A stretch of 48,134 bases of DNA from a virus (Duplodnaviria; Heunggongvirae; Uroviricota; Caudoviricetes), in the IMG/VR virus record IMGVR_UViG_2651869782_000034; one strand, written 5' to 3'. A model generated the notes under the pieces. The model saw only the letters and a program-made list of their open reading frames with translations, was not told the DNA's origin and did no database searches. Below, piece by piece: positions 8,750-17,578 of this stretch. Each line of letters begins with the position of its first letter. Positions within the stretch are counted from its first letter, which is position 1. The position numbers and the translations under genes were made by a program.

Positions 8750-8917
8750 ATGACAAAACGTCGTAAGAAATACCAGGAAAAAGAAGAGATTCGACACCCT
8801 GATTCACCTGAGGGATTAGTGGTAGCCGCAGCAAATAACAGGGCGTTCGCAGAGCGCCTTGTTGGTGTTTACAGACTAGCCAAAGCAGGAGTGAAACATG
8901 GGCGTCGTTAAGTTAGC
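8750..8917 (+). CDS. Small basic ORF (55 aa) between cII and replication gene
   Basis: AGGAG RBS 6 nt upstream of ATG 8750; MTKRRKKYQEKEEIRHPDSPEG...; overlaps the 8898 start option of the next gene. Confidence 0.3.
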
Positions 8918-9788
8918 TGATTACAGGCATAACCCTGTACAACATCAGGAGGCATCCAGTATGGGGTATGTCTCTATACACCGCCAGTTTATGGACAGCA
9001 GGCTCTATAAGGACTCTCAGGCAGTACATCTTTGGCTTCACTTAATCCTCAAGGCTAATCACGAATCTACTGTCGTCAATACGTATATCGGTCCGATAAC
9101 TGTTGATCGCGGTCAGATGATAACTGGACGCCCGTCGCTGGTCAGAGAAACATTCATCCCCGACAACAAAGTTCGGAGCTTATTACGGACTTTTGAGTCG
9201 AAAGGGATGCTTAATATTTGCTCGATGGGGAAGAAATTTAGCCTGTTTACAATCGTTAAATATGACGATTTTCAGGCAAAAAATTGTCCAACGGTTGTCC
9301 AACGGTTGTCCAACGCAAACACCAGTAATGGCGCGGCTCTCAGCGGAGATTGTCCAACTGTTGTCCAACGGTTGTCCATAAACAATAATATAAATAATAT
9401 CTCTAATACTGACGTATTAGAGAGTGCCACAGCAGACAAAAAGTCTGACAAGAAAAAACCTCCCGTCAGCTGTCAGGATGTTGTCGATGCTTACCACGAA
9501 ATCCTTCCTGAAGCGCCAAGAATCCGCGCACTGAATGACAAGCGTAAAAACCAGATCCGAACGTTCTGGCGCAAAGCCGGAGTGATAACCCGCCAGCTTG
9601 ACGGGCATGGGTTCACGATGCAGGACTGGAGAAATTATTTGAGCTACGTAGGCGAAAATTGCCGATGGATGTTCGAAGAGCGTCCAAACCATCAACGCGG
9701 AACCGTCTGGCACAAAAAGGGATTTGATTTCCTGCTTAACGACAATACCTACCTGAAAGTTCGTGAGGGTGAACACGATGACCGATAA
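8898..9788 (+). CDS. Replication initiator (O-like / P22 gp18-like) containing origin iterons
   Basis: Position after cII, internal iterons and AT-rich tract; alternative start ATG 8961 with AGGAGG RBS. Confidence 0.75.
   Translation: MGVVKLADYRHNPVQHQEASSMGYVSIHRQFMDSRLYKDSQAVHLWLHLILKANHESTVVNTYIGPITVDRGQMITGRPSLVRETFIPDNKVRSLLRTFESKGMLNICSMGKKFSLFTIVKYDDFQAKNCPTVVQRLSNANTSNGAALSGDCPTVVQRLSINNNINNISNTDVLESATADKKSDKKKPPVSCQDVVDAYHEILPEAPRIRALNDKRKNQIRTFWRKAGVITRQLDGHGFTMQDWRNYLSYVGENCRWMFEERPNHQRGTVWHKKGFDFLLNDNTYLKVREGEHDDR
9284..9420 (+). repeat. Replication origin: six 11-bp iterons TTGTCCAACGG in two clusters plus AT-rich tract
   Basis: ttgtccaacggttgtccaacggttgtccaacgc ... ttgtccaactgttgtccaacggttgtccata then aaacaataatataaataatat. 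Confidence 0.8.
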
Positions 9789-11214
9789 TTTTTATGCGCC
9801 GCCCCATAGCATCGAGGCAGAGCAGGCGGTGATTGGTGGATTACTTCTGGATGATGACAGCAGTGAGCGCGTCCAGAAAGTTCTGGCGATGCTGAAGCCT
9901 GATTCATTTTACAGCCGACCACACAAAATCATTTTCGAAGAAATAACCAGAATGCACCGGGAGCAAAAGCCAGTAGATGGCCTGACGCTTTTCGATGAAC
10001 TGGAGCGCAAATCGTTAACGGCGTCTGTTGGCGGTTTTGCTTATATCGCTGAGATCGCAAAGAACACGCCAAGCGCAGCAAACATCGTTGCCTATGCAAT
10101 GCAGGTTCGTGAAACCGCAATGGAACGCTACGCCATCAACCGCATGACTGAAGCGACGGAATTGCTCTATTCCCGCAACGGAATGACTGCAACGCAGAAG
10201 TACGAAGCTATTCAGGCGATTTTCACGCAACTGACAGACCATGCAAAAACCGGATCGCGTCGCGGCCTTCGCTCATTTGGTGAGGTCATGGAAGACTGGG
10301 TTAGCGACCTTGAGAAGCGATTTGACCCGTCAGGCGAACAACGAGGAATGAGCACAGGGATCCCATCTCTGGACAGGATGCTGTCACCGAAAGGTCTGGT
10401 GAAAGGCTCTCTGTTCGTCATTGGCGCTCGCCCTAAGATGGGGAAAACGACGCTATACAGCCAGATGGCAATCAACTGCGCAGTGCATGAGAAAAAGCCC
10501 GCTCTGATGTTCAGTCTTGAAATGCCAGGCGACCAGATACTGGAAAAGCTGGTAGGGCAGAAGTCTGGTGTTAACCCGAATATTTTTTACCTTCCGGCGA
10601 CAAATGACGCCGATGACGGCTATCAGGGTGATTACGATGGTGACTTCAACATGGCGATCGAAACAGCCAATCGCTTGAGTGAAATCGACCTGCTTTACAT
10701 CGACGACACGCCTGGATTATCTCTGGCTCAAATCTTCAGCGAAAGCCGTCGAATCAAGCGAGAAAAAGGATGTGTTGGGATGATTCTGGTCGATTACCTG
10801 ACACTAATGACCGCTGAGAAAGCCGATCGTAACGACCTTGCTTACGGCATGATCACCAAAGGACTGAAGAACCTTGCCAAAGAGCTTGATTGCGTTGTTG
10901 TGCTTCTGACGCAGCTTAACCGCGCACTGGAAAGCCGAACCAATAAACGCCCATTACCAAGTGACTCGCGCGATACAGGGCAGATTGAACAGGATTGCGA
11001 TTATTGGGTGGGGATCCATCGTGAAGGTGCTTTTGATGACAGTGTTCCGCCTGGTGAAACCGAACTAATCCTTCGTCTCAATCGTCATGGAAATACCGGC
11101 ACGGTGTATTGCATTCAGGCAAATGGCGCTATTTATGACACAGACCAACAGTCTGCTGAAATGCGCCGCCGTGAACGCGAGGAACCGCAGTCCAAGAAGA
11201 AAGGAGGATTCTGA
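9778..11214 (+). CDS. Replicative DNA helicase (DnaB family, P22 gene 12-like)
   Basis: Walker A GARPKMGKTT, DnaB N- and C-domains; ATG 9778 overlaps upstream stop. Confidence 0.9.
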   Translation: MTDNFYAPPHSIEAEQAVIGGLLLDDDSSERVQKVLAMLKPDSFYSRPHKIIFEEITRMHREQKPVDGLTLFDELERKSLTASVGGFAYIAEIAKNTPSAANIVAYAMQVRETAMERYAINRMTEATELLYSRNGMTATQKYEAIQAIFTQLTDHAKTGSRRGLRSFGEVMEDWVSDLEKRFDPSGEQRGMSTGIPSLDRMLSPKGLVKGSLFVIGARPKMGKTTLYSQMAINCAVHEKKPALMFSLEMPGDQILEKLVGQKSGVNPNIFYLPATNDADDGYQGDYDGDFNMAIETANRLSEIDLLYIDDTPGLSLAQIFSESRRIKREKGCVGMILVDYLTLMTAEKADRNDLAYGMITKGLKNLAKELDCVVVLLTQLNRALESRTNKRPLPSDSRDTGQIEQDCDYWVGIHREGAFDDSVPPGETELILRLNRHGNTGTVYCIQANGAIYDTDQQSAEMRRREREEPQSKKKGGF

Positions 11215-11244
11215 TGACCATCTACATCACTGAGCTAATAACAG

Positions 11245-11271
11245 GGGCTATTTACACAGTAGCCCTTTTTT
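11245..11271 (+). terminator. tR2-like rho-independent terminator
   Basis: Hairpin GGGCTA-tttacacag-TAGCCC followed by TTTTTT. Confidence 0.65.
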
Positions 11272-11298
11272 ATTGGATTAAGAACTAGGGGGATCCTA

Positions 11299-11511
11299 AT
11301 GGACACCGTTAACGGAATGTGTTCAGACGCACCGCGTGCCAAAAAATGTAAATGCGGAAAATCACCGACAATATTCGACATGGAGAACGGGTGCCAAATC
11401 TACTGCGCTAACCACGCTGCTGTGGCGGCCGCGAATTATCGCAGTGCGGTAACGGAGTGGAATAACCTGAAATCTGTTAGAGAGGGAAGTCATGAAAAAA
11501 CTAACCTTTGA
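11299..11511 (+). CDS. Hypothetical Cys-rich protein
   Basis: 70-aa ORF with CKCG...CANH motif; overlaps ninB start. Confidence 0.5.
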   Translation: MDTVNGMCSDAPRAKKCKCGKSPTIFDMENGCQIYCANHAAVAAANYRSAVTEWNNLKSVREGSHEKTNL

Positions 11512-11932
11512 AATTCGATCTCCAGCACATCAGCAAAACGCTATTCACGCAGTACAGCAAATCCTTCCAGACCCAACCAAACCAATCGTAGTAACCATTC
11601 AGGAACGCAACCGCAGCTTAGACCAGAATCGGAAGCTTTGGGCTTGCCTTGGTGACGTTTCGCGTCAGGTTGAATGGCATGGTCGCTGGCTGGATGCAGA
11701 AAGCTGGAAGTGTGTGTTTACCGCAGCATTAAAGCAGCAGGATGTTGTTCCTAACCTTGCCGGGAATGGCTTTGTGGTAATAGGCCAGCCAACCAGCAGG
11801 ATGCGTGTAAGCGAATTTGCGGAGCTATTAGAGCTTATACAGGCATTCGGTACAGAGCGTGGCGTTAAGTGGTCAGACGAAGCGCGACTGGCTCTCGAAT
11901 GGAAAGCGCGATGGGGAGATCGGGCAGCATGA
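11492..11932 (+). CDS. ninB: NinB (Orf-family recombination mediator)
   Basis: MKKLTFEIRSPAHQQNAIHAVQQILPDPTKPIVVTIQERNRSLDQNRKLWACLGDV matches lambda NinB. Confidence 0.9.
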   Translation: MKKLTFEIRSPAHQQNAIHAVQQILPDPTKPIVVTIQERNRSLDQNRKLWACLGDVSRQVEWHGRWLDAESWKCVFTAALKQQDVVPNLAGNGFVVIGQPTSRMRVSEFAELLELIQAFGTERGVKWSDEARLALEWKARWGDRAA

Positions 11933-12456
11933 CTATCAAATCAAATACGGCAGCACACGACAAGGACTGCTGGAGAACGCCGCTTTGGCTTTTTGATGCA
12001 CTGGATATTGAGTTTGGATTCTGGCTGGATTCGGCAGCGAGCGACAAAAATGCTCTGTGTGCTCACTGGCTAACTGAGGCCGACGACGCGCTCAATTCTG
12101 AGTGGGTAAGCCACGGTGCAATCTGGAATAACCCACCGTACAGCAATATCAGGCCGTGGGTGGAAAAAGCCGCTGAGCAGTGCATACAACAGCGACAGAC
12201 GGTAGTGATGCTTGTGCCAGAGGATATGTCTGTCGGATGGTTCAGCAAGGCTCTGGAGAGTGTTGACGAAGTTCGCATTATCACTGATGGACGGATTAAT
12301 TTTATCGAACCATCGACAGGGATAGAGAAGAAGGGAAACAGCAAAGGTTCCATGCTGCTGATTTGGCGACCGTTCATCAGTCCTCGACGGATGTTTACTA
12401 CCGTATCCAAAGCGGCATTGATGGCGATCGGGCAGGGCGTCAGGAGGTCGGCATGA
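11929..12456 (+). CDS. DNA N6-adenine methyltransferase (phage Dam-like)
   Basis: [13 protein letters not shown] and NPPY catalytic motif; ATGA overlap with ninB stop. Confidence 0.8.
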   Translation: MTIKSNTAAHDKDCWRTPLWLFDALDIEFGFWLDSAASDKNALCAHWLTEADDALNSEWVSHGAIWNNPPYSNIRPWVEKAAEQCIQQRQTVVMLVPEDMSVGWFSKALESVDEVRIITDGRINFIEPSTGIEKKGNSKGSMLLIWRPFISPRRMFTTVSKAALMAIGQGVRRSA

Positions 12457-12629
12457 GACGACAGCGACGAAGTATCACCGACATCATCTGCGAAAACTGC
12501 AAATACCTTCCAACGAAACGCTCCAGAAATAAACGCAAGCCAATCCCAAAAGAATCTGACGTAAAAACCTTCAACTACACGGCTCACCTGTGGGATATCC
12601 GGTGGCTAAGAAATCGTGCGAGGAAATGA
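12453..12629 (+). CDS. ninE: NinE
   Basis: [53 protein letters not shown] matches lambda NinE; CAGGAGG RBS. Confidence 0.8.
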   Translation: MRRQRRSITDIICENCKYLPTKRSRNKRKPIPKESDVKTFNYTAHLWDIRWLRNRARK

Positions 12630-12802
12630 CAATGCTTTTAATTCAACCAGGATTTGGCCTTAGCATCAAAAAAATGGCACATGTTTGGCGAGAAAGAGTC
12701 TCAACGAAAAATGGTGCTTATCAAGTTGCCATGTATCAGTATTTGTTGGCTAAACAGGGAGGCAGCAAATTATTTGTCTACATGCGCCAGAGCAGCATTT
12801 AA
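12626..12802 (+). CDS. Hypothetical protein (overlaps alternative ORF 12654..13034)
   Basis: ATG 12626 overlaps ninE stop with GAGGAA RBS. Confidence 0.35.
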   Translation: MTMLLIQPGFGLSIKKMAHVWRERVSTKNGAYQVAMYQYLLAKQGGSKLFVYMRQSSI

Positions 12803-13034
12803 CGACCCTGAGTGGTTTGTAGAAAACCATCACGCTGTTCGTCAGGCAAAGAGAAAGGCCAAAACGACATACATGAAGGCGTATCGAAAAGCATGGAAAG
12901 AACACCGCGATCGATACCAGCAAGACATGGAAAAGCTTGAATCAGAAAACATGGAATTAAGACGAAAGCTTGGTGAAGCAAAACGAGATATTGATGCTTA
13001 CAAGCGACTTTTTAATGGTGAAAGTCATGCTTAG
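12654..13034 (+). CDS. Hypothetical basic coiled-coil protein (start uncertain; possible ATG 12873)
   Basis: C-terminal KAYRKAWKEHRDRYQQDMEKLESENMELRRKLGEAKRDIDAYKRL is strongly protein-like; stop overlaps ninF start. Confidence 0.35.
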   Translation: MALASKKWHMFGEKESQRKMVLIKLPCISICWLNREAANYLSTCARAAFNDPEWFVENHHAVRQAKRKAKTTYMKAYRKAWKEHRDRYQQDMEKLESENMELRRKLGEAKRDIDAYKRLFNGESHA

Positions 13035-13140
13035 TCCATCCCAATCCCTTCAATACCAGAAAGAAAGCGTCGAGCGGGCTTTAACGTGCGCTAACTGCGG
13101 TCAGAAGCTGCATGTGCTGGAAGTTCACGTGTGTGAGCGT

Positions 13141-13682
13141 TGTATATATGAATGCTTAAATATGGTGGAACATAATGAGAAATATAAGCAACATAGACGA
13201 ATTAAGAAATAAATTATCATATGATGATGTTTTAGGTGCACTTAGATGGAAAGTGTCTCCTTCTAATAATGTTAAGGTTGGCAGTGTTGCTGGTTACATT
13301 AGGAGTGATGGTTATAGGATGTTAACTATCGATGGTGTAATTACTTATGCTCACCACGTTATATGGATGATAAATAATGGTGAGATTCCATTAGGGTATA
13401 AAATTGATCATATAAATGGAGTAAGGTCAGATAATAGGCTATCTAATCTTCGATTGGTTACACACCAACAGAATGCACAGAACCAAAAGAGAAAAATAAC
13501 CAATTCGTCAGGAGTGACTGGAGTGTATTTCAATAAAGAGAGATGCAAGTGGATTGCGAATATATGCGTAGATGGGCGCACCAAATATCTTGGAATATTT
13601 GCTAGCATCATTGACGCTATTGCAGAAAGGAAGAGGGCAGAAAAAGAACTGGGTTTTCATGAAAACCATGGCAGACCATAAC
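13141..13682 (+). mobile_element. Free-standing homing endonuclease gene insertion (AT-rich)
   Basis: Insert sits between two in-register halves of ninF and is visibly more AT-rich than flanks. Confidence 0.65.
13175..13681 (+). CDS. HNH homing endonuclease with AP2 DNA-binding domain
   Basis: HNH motif IDHINGVRSDNRLSNLRLVTHQQN; AP2-like GVTGVYFNKERCKWIANICVDGRTKYLGIFASIIDAIAER. Confidence 0.8.
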   Translation: MRNISNIDELRNKLSYDDVLGALRWKVSPSNNVKVGSVAGYIRSDGYRMLTIDGVITYAHHVIWMINNGEIPLGYKIDHINGVRSDNRLSNLRLVTHQQNAQNQKRKITNSSGVTGVYFNKERCKWIANICVDGRTKYLGIFASIIDAIAERKRAEKELGFHENHGRP

Positions 13683-13734
13683 TGCGCAGAGCTGATGAGC
13701 GATCCGAATAGCTCAATGTACGAGGAAGAAGACG

Positions 13735-14340
13735 ATGGCTAAACCAGCGCGAAGGAAATGCAAAATATGCAAGGAATGGTTTCACCCGGCATTCTCAAAT
13801 CAGTGGTGGTGCTGCCCGGAACACGGAACTCAGTTAGCACTCAAACTACAAAGTAAACAGCGAAAAAAAGCGGAAAAAGCAGCAGAGAAGAAACGGCGAC
13901 GAGAGGAGCAGAAACAGAAAGATAAACTTAAGATTCGAAAACTCGCCTTAAAGCCCCGCAGTTACTGGATTAAACAAGCCCAACAAGCCGTAAACGCCTT
14001 CATCAGAGAAAGAGACCGCGACTTACCATGTATCTCGTGCGGAACGCTCACGTCTGCTCAGTGGGATGCCGGACATTACCGGACAACTGCTGCGGCACCT
14101 CAACTCCGATTTGATGAACGCAATATTCACAAGCAATGCGTGGTGTGCAACCAGCACAAAAGCGGAAATCTCGTTCCGTATCGCGTCGAACTGATTAATC
14201 GCATCGGGCAGGAAGCAGTAGACGAAATCGAATCAAACCATAACCGCCATCGCTGGGCTATCGAAGAGTGCAAGGCGATCAAGGCAGAGTACCAACAGAA
14301 ACTCAAAGACCTGCGAAATAGCAGAAGTGAGGCCGCATGA
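13735..14340 (+). CDS. ninG: NinG (Rap-like recombination endonuclease)
   Basis: Near-identical to lambda NinG over most of its length. Confidence 0.9.
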   Translation: MAKPARRKCKICKEWFHPAFSNQWWCCPEHGTQLALKLQSKQRKKAEKAAEKKRRREEQKQKDKLKIRKLALKPRSYWIKQAQQAVNAFIRERDRDLPCISCGTLTSAQWDAGHYRTTAAAPQLRFDERNIHKQCVVCNQHKSGNLVPYRVELINRIGQEAVDEIESNHNRHRWAIEECKAIKAEYQQKLKDLRNSRSEAA

Positions 14341-14543
14341 CGTTCTCAGTAAAAACCATTCCAGACATGCTCGTTGAAGCATACGGAAACCAGACAGAAG
14401 TAGCACGCAGACTGAAATGTAGTCGCGGTACGGTCAGAAAATACGTTGATGATAAAGACGGGAAAATGCACGCCATCGTCAACGACGTTCTTATGGTTCA
14501 TCGCGGATGGAGTGAAAGAGATGCGCTATTACGAAAGAATTGA
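14337..14543 (+). CDS. ninH: NinH
   Basis: [42 protein letters not shown] matches lambda NinH. Confidence 0.85.
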   Translation: MTFSVKTIPDMLVEAYGNQTEVARRLKCSRGTVRKYVDDKDGKMHAIVNDVLMVHRGWSERDALLRKN

Positions 14544-15192
14544 TGGCAGCAAATACCGAAATATTTGGGTAGTTGGCGATCTGCACGGATGCTACACGAA
14601 CCTGATGAAAAAACTGGAGACGATAGGATTCGACACCAAAAAAGACCTGCTTATCTCGGTTGGCGATTTGGTCGATCGCGGTACAGAGAACGTCGAATGT
14701 CTGGAATTAATCACATTCCCCTGGTTCCGAGCTGTACGTGGAAACCATGAGCAAATGATGATTGATGGCTTATCAGAGCGTGGAAACGTCAATCACTGGC
14801 TGTTTAATGGCGGTGGCTGGTTCTTTAATCTCGATTACGACAAAGAAATTCTGGCTAAAGCTCTTGCCCATAAAGCAGGTGAACTTCCGTTAATCATCGA
14901 ACTGGTGAGCAAAGGTAAAAAATATGTCATCTGCCACGCCGATTATCCTTGTGATAAATACGAGTTTGGAAAGCCAGTTGATCATCAGCAGGTAATCTGG
15001 AACCGCGAACGAATCAGCAACTCACAAGACGGGATCGTGAAAGAAATCAAAGGCGCGGACACGTTCATCTTTGGTCATACGCCAGCAGTGAAACCACTCA
15101 AGTTTTCCAACCAGATGTATATCGATACCGGCGCAGTGTTCTGCGGAAACCTCACATTGATTCAGGTACAGGGAGAAGGCGCGTGGGCATAA
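14521..15192 (+). CDS. ninI: NinI serine/threonine protein phosphatase
   Basis: Metallophosphatase motifs GDLHG, GDLVDRG, GNHE; ATG 14521. Confidence 0.85.
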   Translation: MRYYERIDGSKYRNIWVVGDLHGCYTNLMKKLETIGFDTKKDLLISVGDLVDRGTENVECLELITFPWFRAVRGNHEQMMIDGLSERGNVNHWLFNGGGWFFNLDYDKEILAKALAHKAGELPLIIELVSKGKKYVICHADYPCDKYEFGKPVDHQQVIWNRERISNSQDGIVKEIKGADTFIFGHTPAVKPLKFSNQMYIDTGAVFCGNLTLIQVQGEGAWA

Positions 15193-15701
15193 GAGAACTA
15201 AACCTCACCAAAGAGCAGCACGAGTGGCTGAATGGCTGGCTTGAACTGTGGGGCGCATGGGTTTATTCAGGTCGTCTGGAAAAGCGCATGAGCAGCGTAA
15301 TAGCGAAGTTCATGGAGAGCGTAGAGCCGGGAAGAGTTATGACAAGGCCAATGTGCAATGATGATGATGGAATGTTGATTTCTCAGGTCGTCGATTCCGT
15401 CATGTACATTGACAAAAAAGCCTTTGGCATCCTCCTCAGCTACTACGCTCATGGTTCATCTAAGCGAGCAATTGCATCCTACTATCACGCGACTGCAAAG
15501 CCACGCAAGATGTGTGGACGTGGTGGCGATGGATGGAGAAAACCTTCACTGGCAACCTGTAGAAACGAAATTGACGACATCCTGAAAGCGTCATTATTTG
15601 TTTTGTACCAACCAATGCAAAATGCTTTCAAAATGCGTAAACGTGTTGAGAAAGTTAAGCATGTTGCTGTTAAAAACCTTGACATGCAATTAGCCATTTA
15701 G
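15183..15701 (+). CDS. Late-gene antiterminator Q-like protein
   Basis: Position between ninI and pR'/terminator/lysis genes; GTG start; Cys-containing basic protein. Confidence 0.6.
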   Translation: MGIRELNLTKEQHEWLNGWLELWGAWVYSGRLEKRMSSVIAKFMESVEPGRVMTRPMCNDDDGMLISQVVDSVMYIDKKAFGILLSYYAHGSSKRAIASYYHATAKPRKMCGRGGDGWRKPSLATCRNEIDDILKASLFVLYQPMQNAFKMRKRVEKVKHVAVKNLDMQLAI

Positions 15702-15708
15702 CCATAAT
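15679..15708 (+). promoter_or_regulatory. Candidate late promoter pR' (-35 TTGACA, -10 CATAAT, 18-bp spacer)
   Basis: TTGACA at 15679-15684 and CATAAT at 15703-15708 overlapping the Q gene 3' end. Confidence 0.45.
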
Positions 15709-15717
15709 TAGAGGGTA

Positions 15718-15760
15718 AGCTGCCGTTAGTGACTCTTAAGTTGCAACGGTGGCTTTTTTT
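15718..15760 (+). terminator. Candidate tR' terminator
   Basis: Imperfect hairpin (ccgtt...aacgg) followed by GGCTTTTTTT. Confidence 0.4.
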
Positions 15761-15764
15761 ATTT

Positions 15765-15839
15765 GGGTCAGTCGTATAAAGGTCATTACGGAAGGCTGTT
15801 AACCTTCTTATCGTGGTTCGAGTCCACGCTGTCCCGCCA
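15765..15839 (+). tRNA. tRNA-Asn-like (anticodon GUU), slightly degenerate stems
   Basis: Anticodon arm GAAGG-CTGTTAA-CCTTC, T arm CGTGG-TTCGAGT-CCACG, 3' CCA; one mismatch each in acceptor and D stems. Confidence 0.5.
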
Positions 15840-15844
15840 AATAT

Positions 15845-15920
15845 GCTGGTTTAGCTCCAATGGTAGAGCAGTCGCCTTGTAAGCGAATGGGTAGCGGTTC
15901 AAGTCCGTTAACCAGCACCA
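15845..15920 (+). tRNA. tRNA-Thr (anticodon UGU)
   Basis: Perfect 7-bp acceptor stem GCTGGTT/AACCAGC, D arm GCTC..GAGC with GG, anticodon loop CTTGTAA, T loop TTCAAGT, discriminator A plus CCA. Confidence 0.75.
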
Positions 15921-16008
15921 TAACTGAGCCGTAGCCACTGGCTATCCTGAATTCATCAGTGATAGTTACGCTGCGGCCTTCTACACATGACCTTCGTGAA
16001 AGCGGGTG

Positions 16009-16043
16009 GCAAGAGGTTGCGCTAACAACCTCCTGCCGTTTTG
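16009..16043 (+). terminator. Candidate hairpin terminator downstream of tRNAs
   Basis: GCAAGAGGTTG-cgctaa-CAACCTCCTGC followed by CGTTTT. Confidence 0.35.
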
Positions 16044-16162
16044 CCCGTGCACATCGGTCACGAACAAATCTGATTACTAAACACAGTAGCCTGGATTTGT
16101 TCTATCAGTAATCGACCTTATTCCTAATTAAATAGAGCAAATCCCCTTATTGGGGGTAAGAC

Positions 16163-16486
16163 ATGAAGATGCCAGAAAAACATGACCTGTTAGCCGCCAT
16201 TCTCGCGGCAAAGGAACAAGGCATCGGGGCAATCCTTGCGTTTGCAATGGCGTACCTTCGCGGCAGATATAATGGCGGTGCGTTTACAAAAACAGTAATC
16301 GACGCAACGATGTGCGCCATTATCGCCTGGTTCATTCGTGACCTTCTCGACTTCGCCGGACTAAGTAGCAATCTCGCTTATATAACGAGCGTGTTCATCG
16401 GCTACATCGGCACTGACTCGATTGGTTCGCTTATCAAACGCTTCGCTGCTAAAAAAGCCGGAGTAGAAGATGGTGGAAATCAATAA
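16163..16486 (+). CDS. S: Holin S (class I, dual-start MKM)
   Basis: [66 protein letters not shown] matches lambda S. Confidence 0.9.
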   Translation: MKMPEKHDLLAAILAAKEQGIGAILAFAMAYLRGRYNGGAFTKTVIDATMCAIIAWFIRDLLDFAGLSSNLAYITSVFIGYIGTDSIGSLIKRFAAKKAGVEDGGNQ

Positions 16487-16946
16487 TCAACGTAAGGCGT
16501 TCCTCGATATGCTGGCGTGGTCAGAGGGAACAGATAACGGACGTCAGAAAACCAGAAATCATGGTTATGACGTCATTGTAGGAGGAGAGCTATTCACTGA
16601 TTACTCCGATCACCCTCGCAAACTTGTCACGCTAAACCCAAAACTCAAATCAACAGCAGCCGGGCGCTATCAGCTTCTTTCCCGTTGGTGGGATGCCTAT
16701 CGTAAGCAGCTTGGCCTGAAAGACTTCTCTCCGAAAAGCCAGGACACTGTGGCATTGCAGCAGATTAAAGAGCGTGGCGCTTTACCGATGATTGATCGCG
16801 GTGATATCCGTCAGGCTATCGACCGTTGCAGCAATATATGGGCTTCACTTCCGGGCGCTGGTTATGGTCAGTTCGAGCATAAGGCTGACAGTCTGATTGC
16901 AAAATTCAAAGAAGCAGGCGGAACGGTCAGAGAGATTGAGGTATGA
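16470..16946 (+). CDS. R: Endolysin R (lytic transglycosylase)
   Basis: [49 protein letters not shown] matches lambda R. Confidence 0.9.
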   Translation: MVEINNQRKAFLDMLAWSEGTDNGRQKTRNHGYDVIVGGELFTDYSDHPRKLVTLNPKLKSTAAGRYQLLSRWWDAYRKQLGLKDFSPKSQDTVALQQIKERGALPMIDRGDIRQAIDRCSNIWASLPGAGYGQFEHKADSLIAKFKEAGGTVREIEV

Positions 16947-17380
16947 GCAGAGTAACCGCGATTATTTCCGCTCTGGTTATCTGCATCATCGTCTGCCTGT
17001 CATGGGCTGTTAATCATTACCGTGATAACGCCATCGCCTACAAAGCCCAGCGCGACAAAGCCACATCCATCATCGCTGACATGCAGAAGCGTCAACGTGA
17101 CGTAGCAGAACTCGACGCCAGATACACAAAGGAGCTTGCTGATGCTAACGCGACTATCGAAAGTCTCCGTGCTGATGTTTCTTCTGGTCGTAAGCGCCTG
17201 CAAGTCGCCGCCACCTGTGCAAAGTCAACGACCGGAGCCAGCGGCATGGGCAATGGAGAAACCCCAGGACTTACAGCAGATGCTGAACTCAATTATTACC
17301 GTCTCCGAAGTGGAATCGACAAGATAACCGCGCAGGTTAACTACCTGCAGGAGTACATCAGGACGCAATGCCTGAAATAA
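16943..17380 (+). CDS. Rz: Rz i-spanin
   Basis: N-terminal TM anchor then coiled coil; start overlaps R stop. Confidence 0.85.
   Translation: MSRVTAIISALVICIIVCLSWAVNHYRDNAIAYKAQRDKATSIIADMQKRQRDVAELDARYTKELADANATIESLRADVSSGRKRLQVAATCAKSTTGASGMGNGETPGLTADAELNYYRLRSGIDKITAQVNYLQEYIRTQCLK
17136..17327 (+). CDS. Rz1: Rz1 o-spanin lipoprotein embedded in the +1 frame of Rz
   Basis: Lipobox LVVSAC then Pro-rich [16 protein letters not shown]; entirely inside Rz. Confidence 0.7.
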   Translation: MLMLTRLSKVSVLMFLLVVSACKSPPPVQSQRPEPAAWAMEKPQDLQQMLNSIITVSEVESTR

Positions 17381-17411
17381 TTTTTTTGCAAATCACAAAG
17401 TCAATTTAATG

Positions 17412-17436
17412 AGCCTCGCGATGCGGGGCTTTTTTA
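17412..17436 (+). terminator. Rho-independent terminator after lysis cassette
   Basis: Hairpin CCTCGC-gat-GCGGGG followed by CTTTTTT. Confidence 0.55.
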
Positions 17437-17578
17437 TGTCCGCAGTAAACGCGCATCTCACGCGCATATTAACGAGAGCCTTTCAGTAAGCGAGCCTGAG
17501 AAATGCCGTTATAGGTGGCGACCTCTCTCGGGCGGCTTTTCTGTGAGACAGGCTCACTTTCTAAAAGGTAAAGACGCT

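Larger units (their letters stand above)
13027..13742 (+). pseudogene. ninF: ninF split by homing-endonuclease insertion (5' part 13027..13140, 3' remnant 13683..13742)
   Basis: MLSPSQSLQYQKESVERALTCANCGQKLHVLEVHVCE matches NinF N-terminus and [19 protein letters not shown] its C-terminus, separated by about 540 bp. Confidence 0.7.

Noticed and set aside
9284-9382. Tandem 11-bp repeats considered as a possible CRISPR array
   Set aside because: Repeats are only 11 bp, directly tandem or separated by one short spacer, and sit inside the initiator gene; they are origin iterons.
15921-16160. Possible third tRNA downstream of tRNA-Thr
   Set aside because: No T-loop motif or cloverleaf could be found; the region contains only a hairpin that looks like a terminator.
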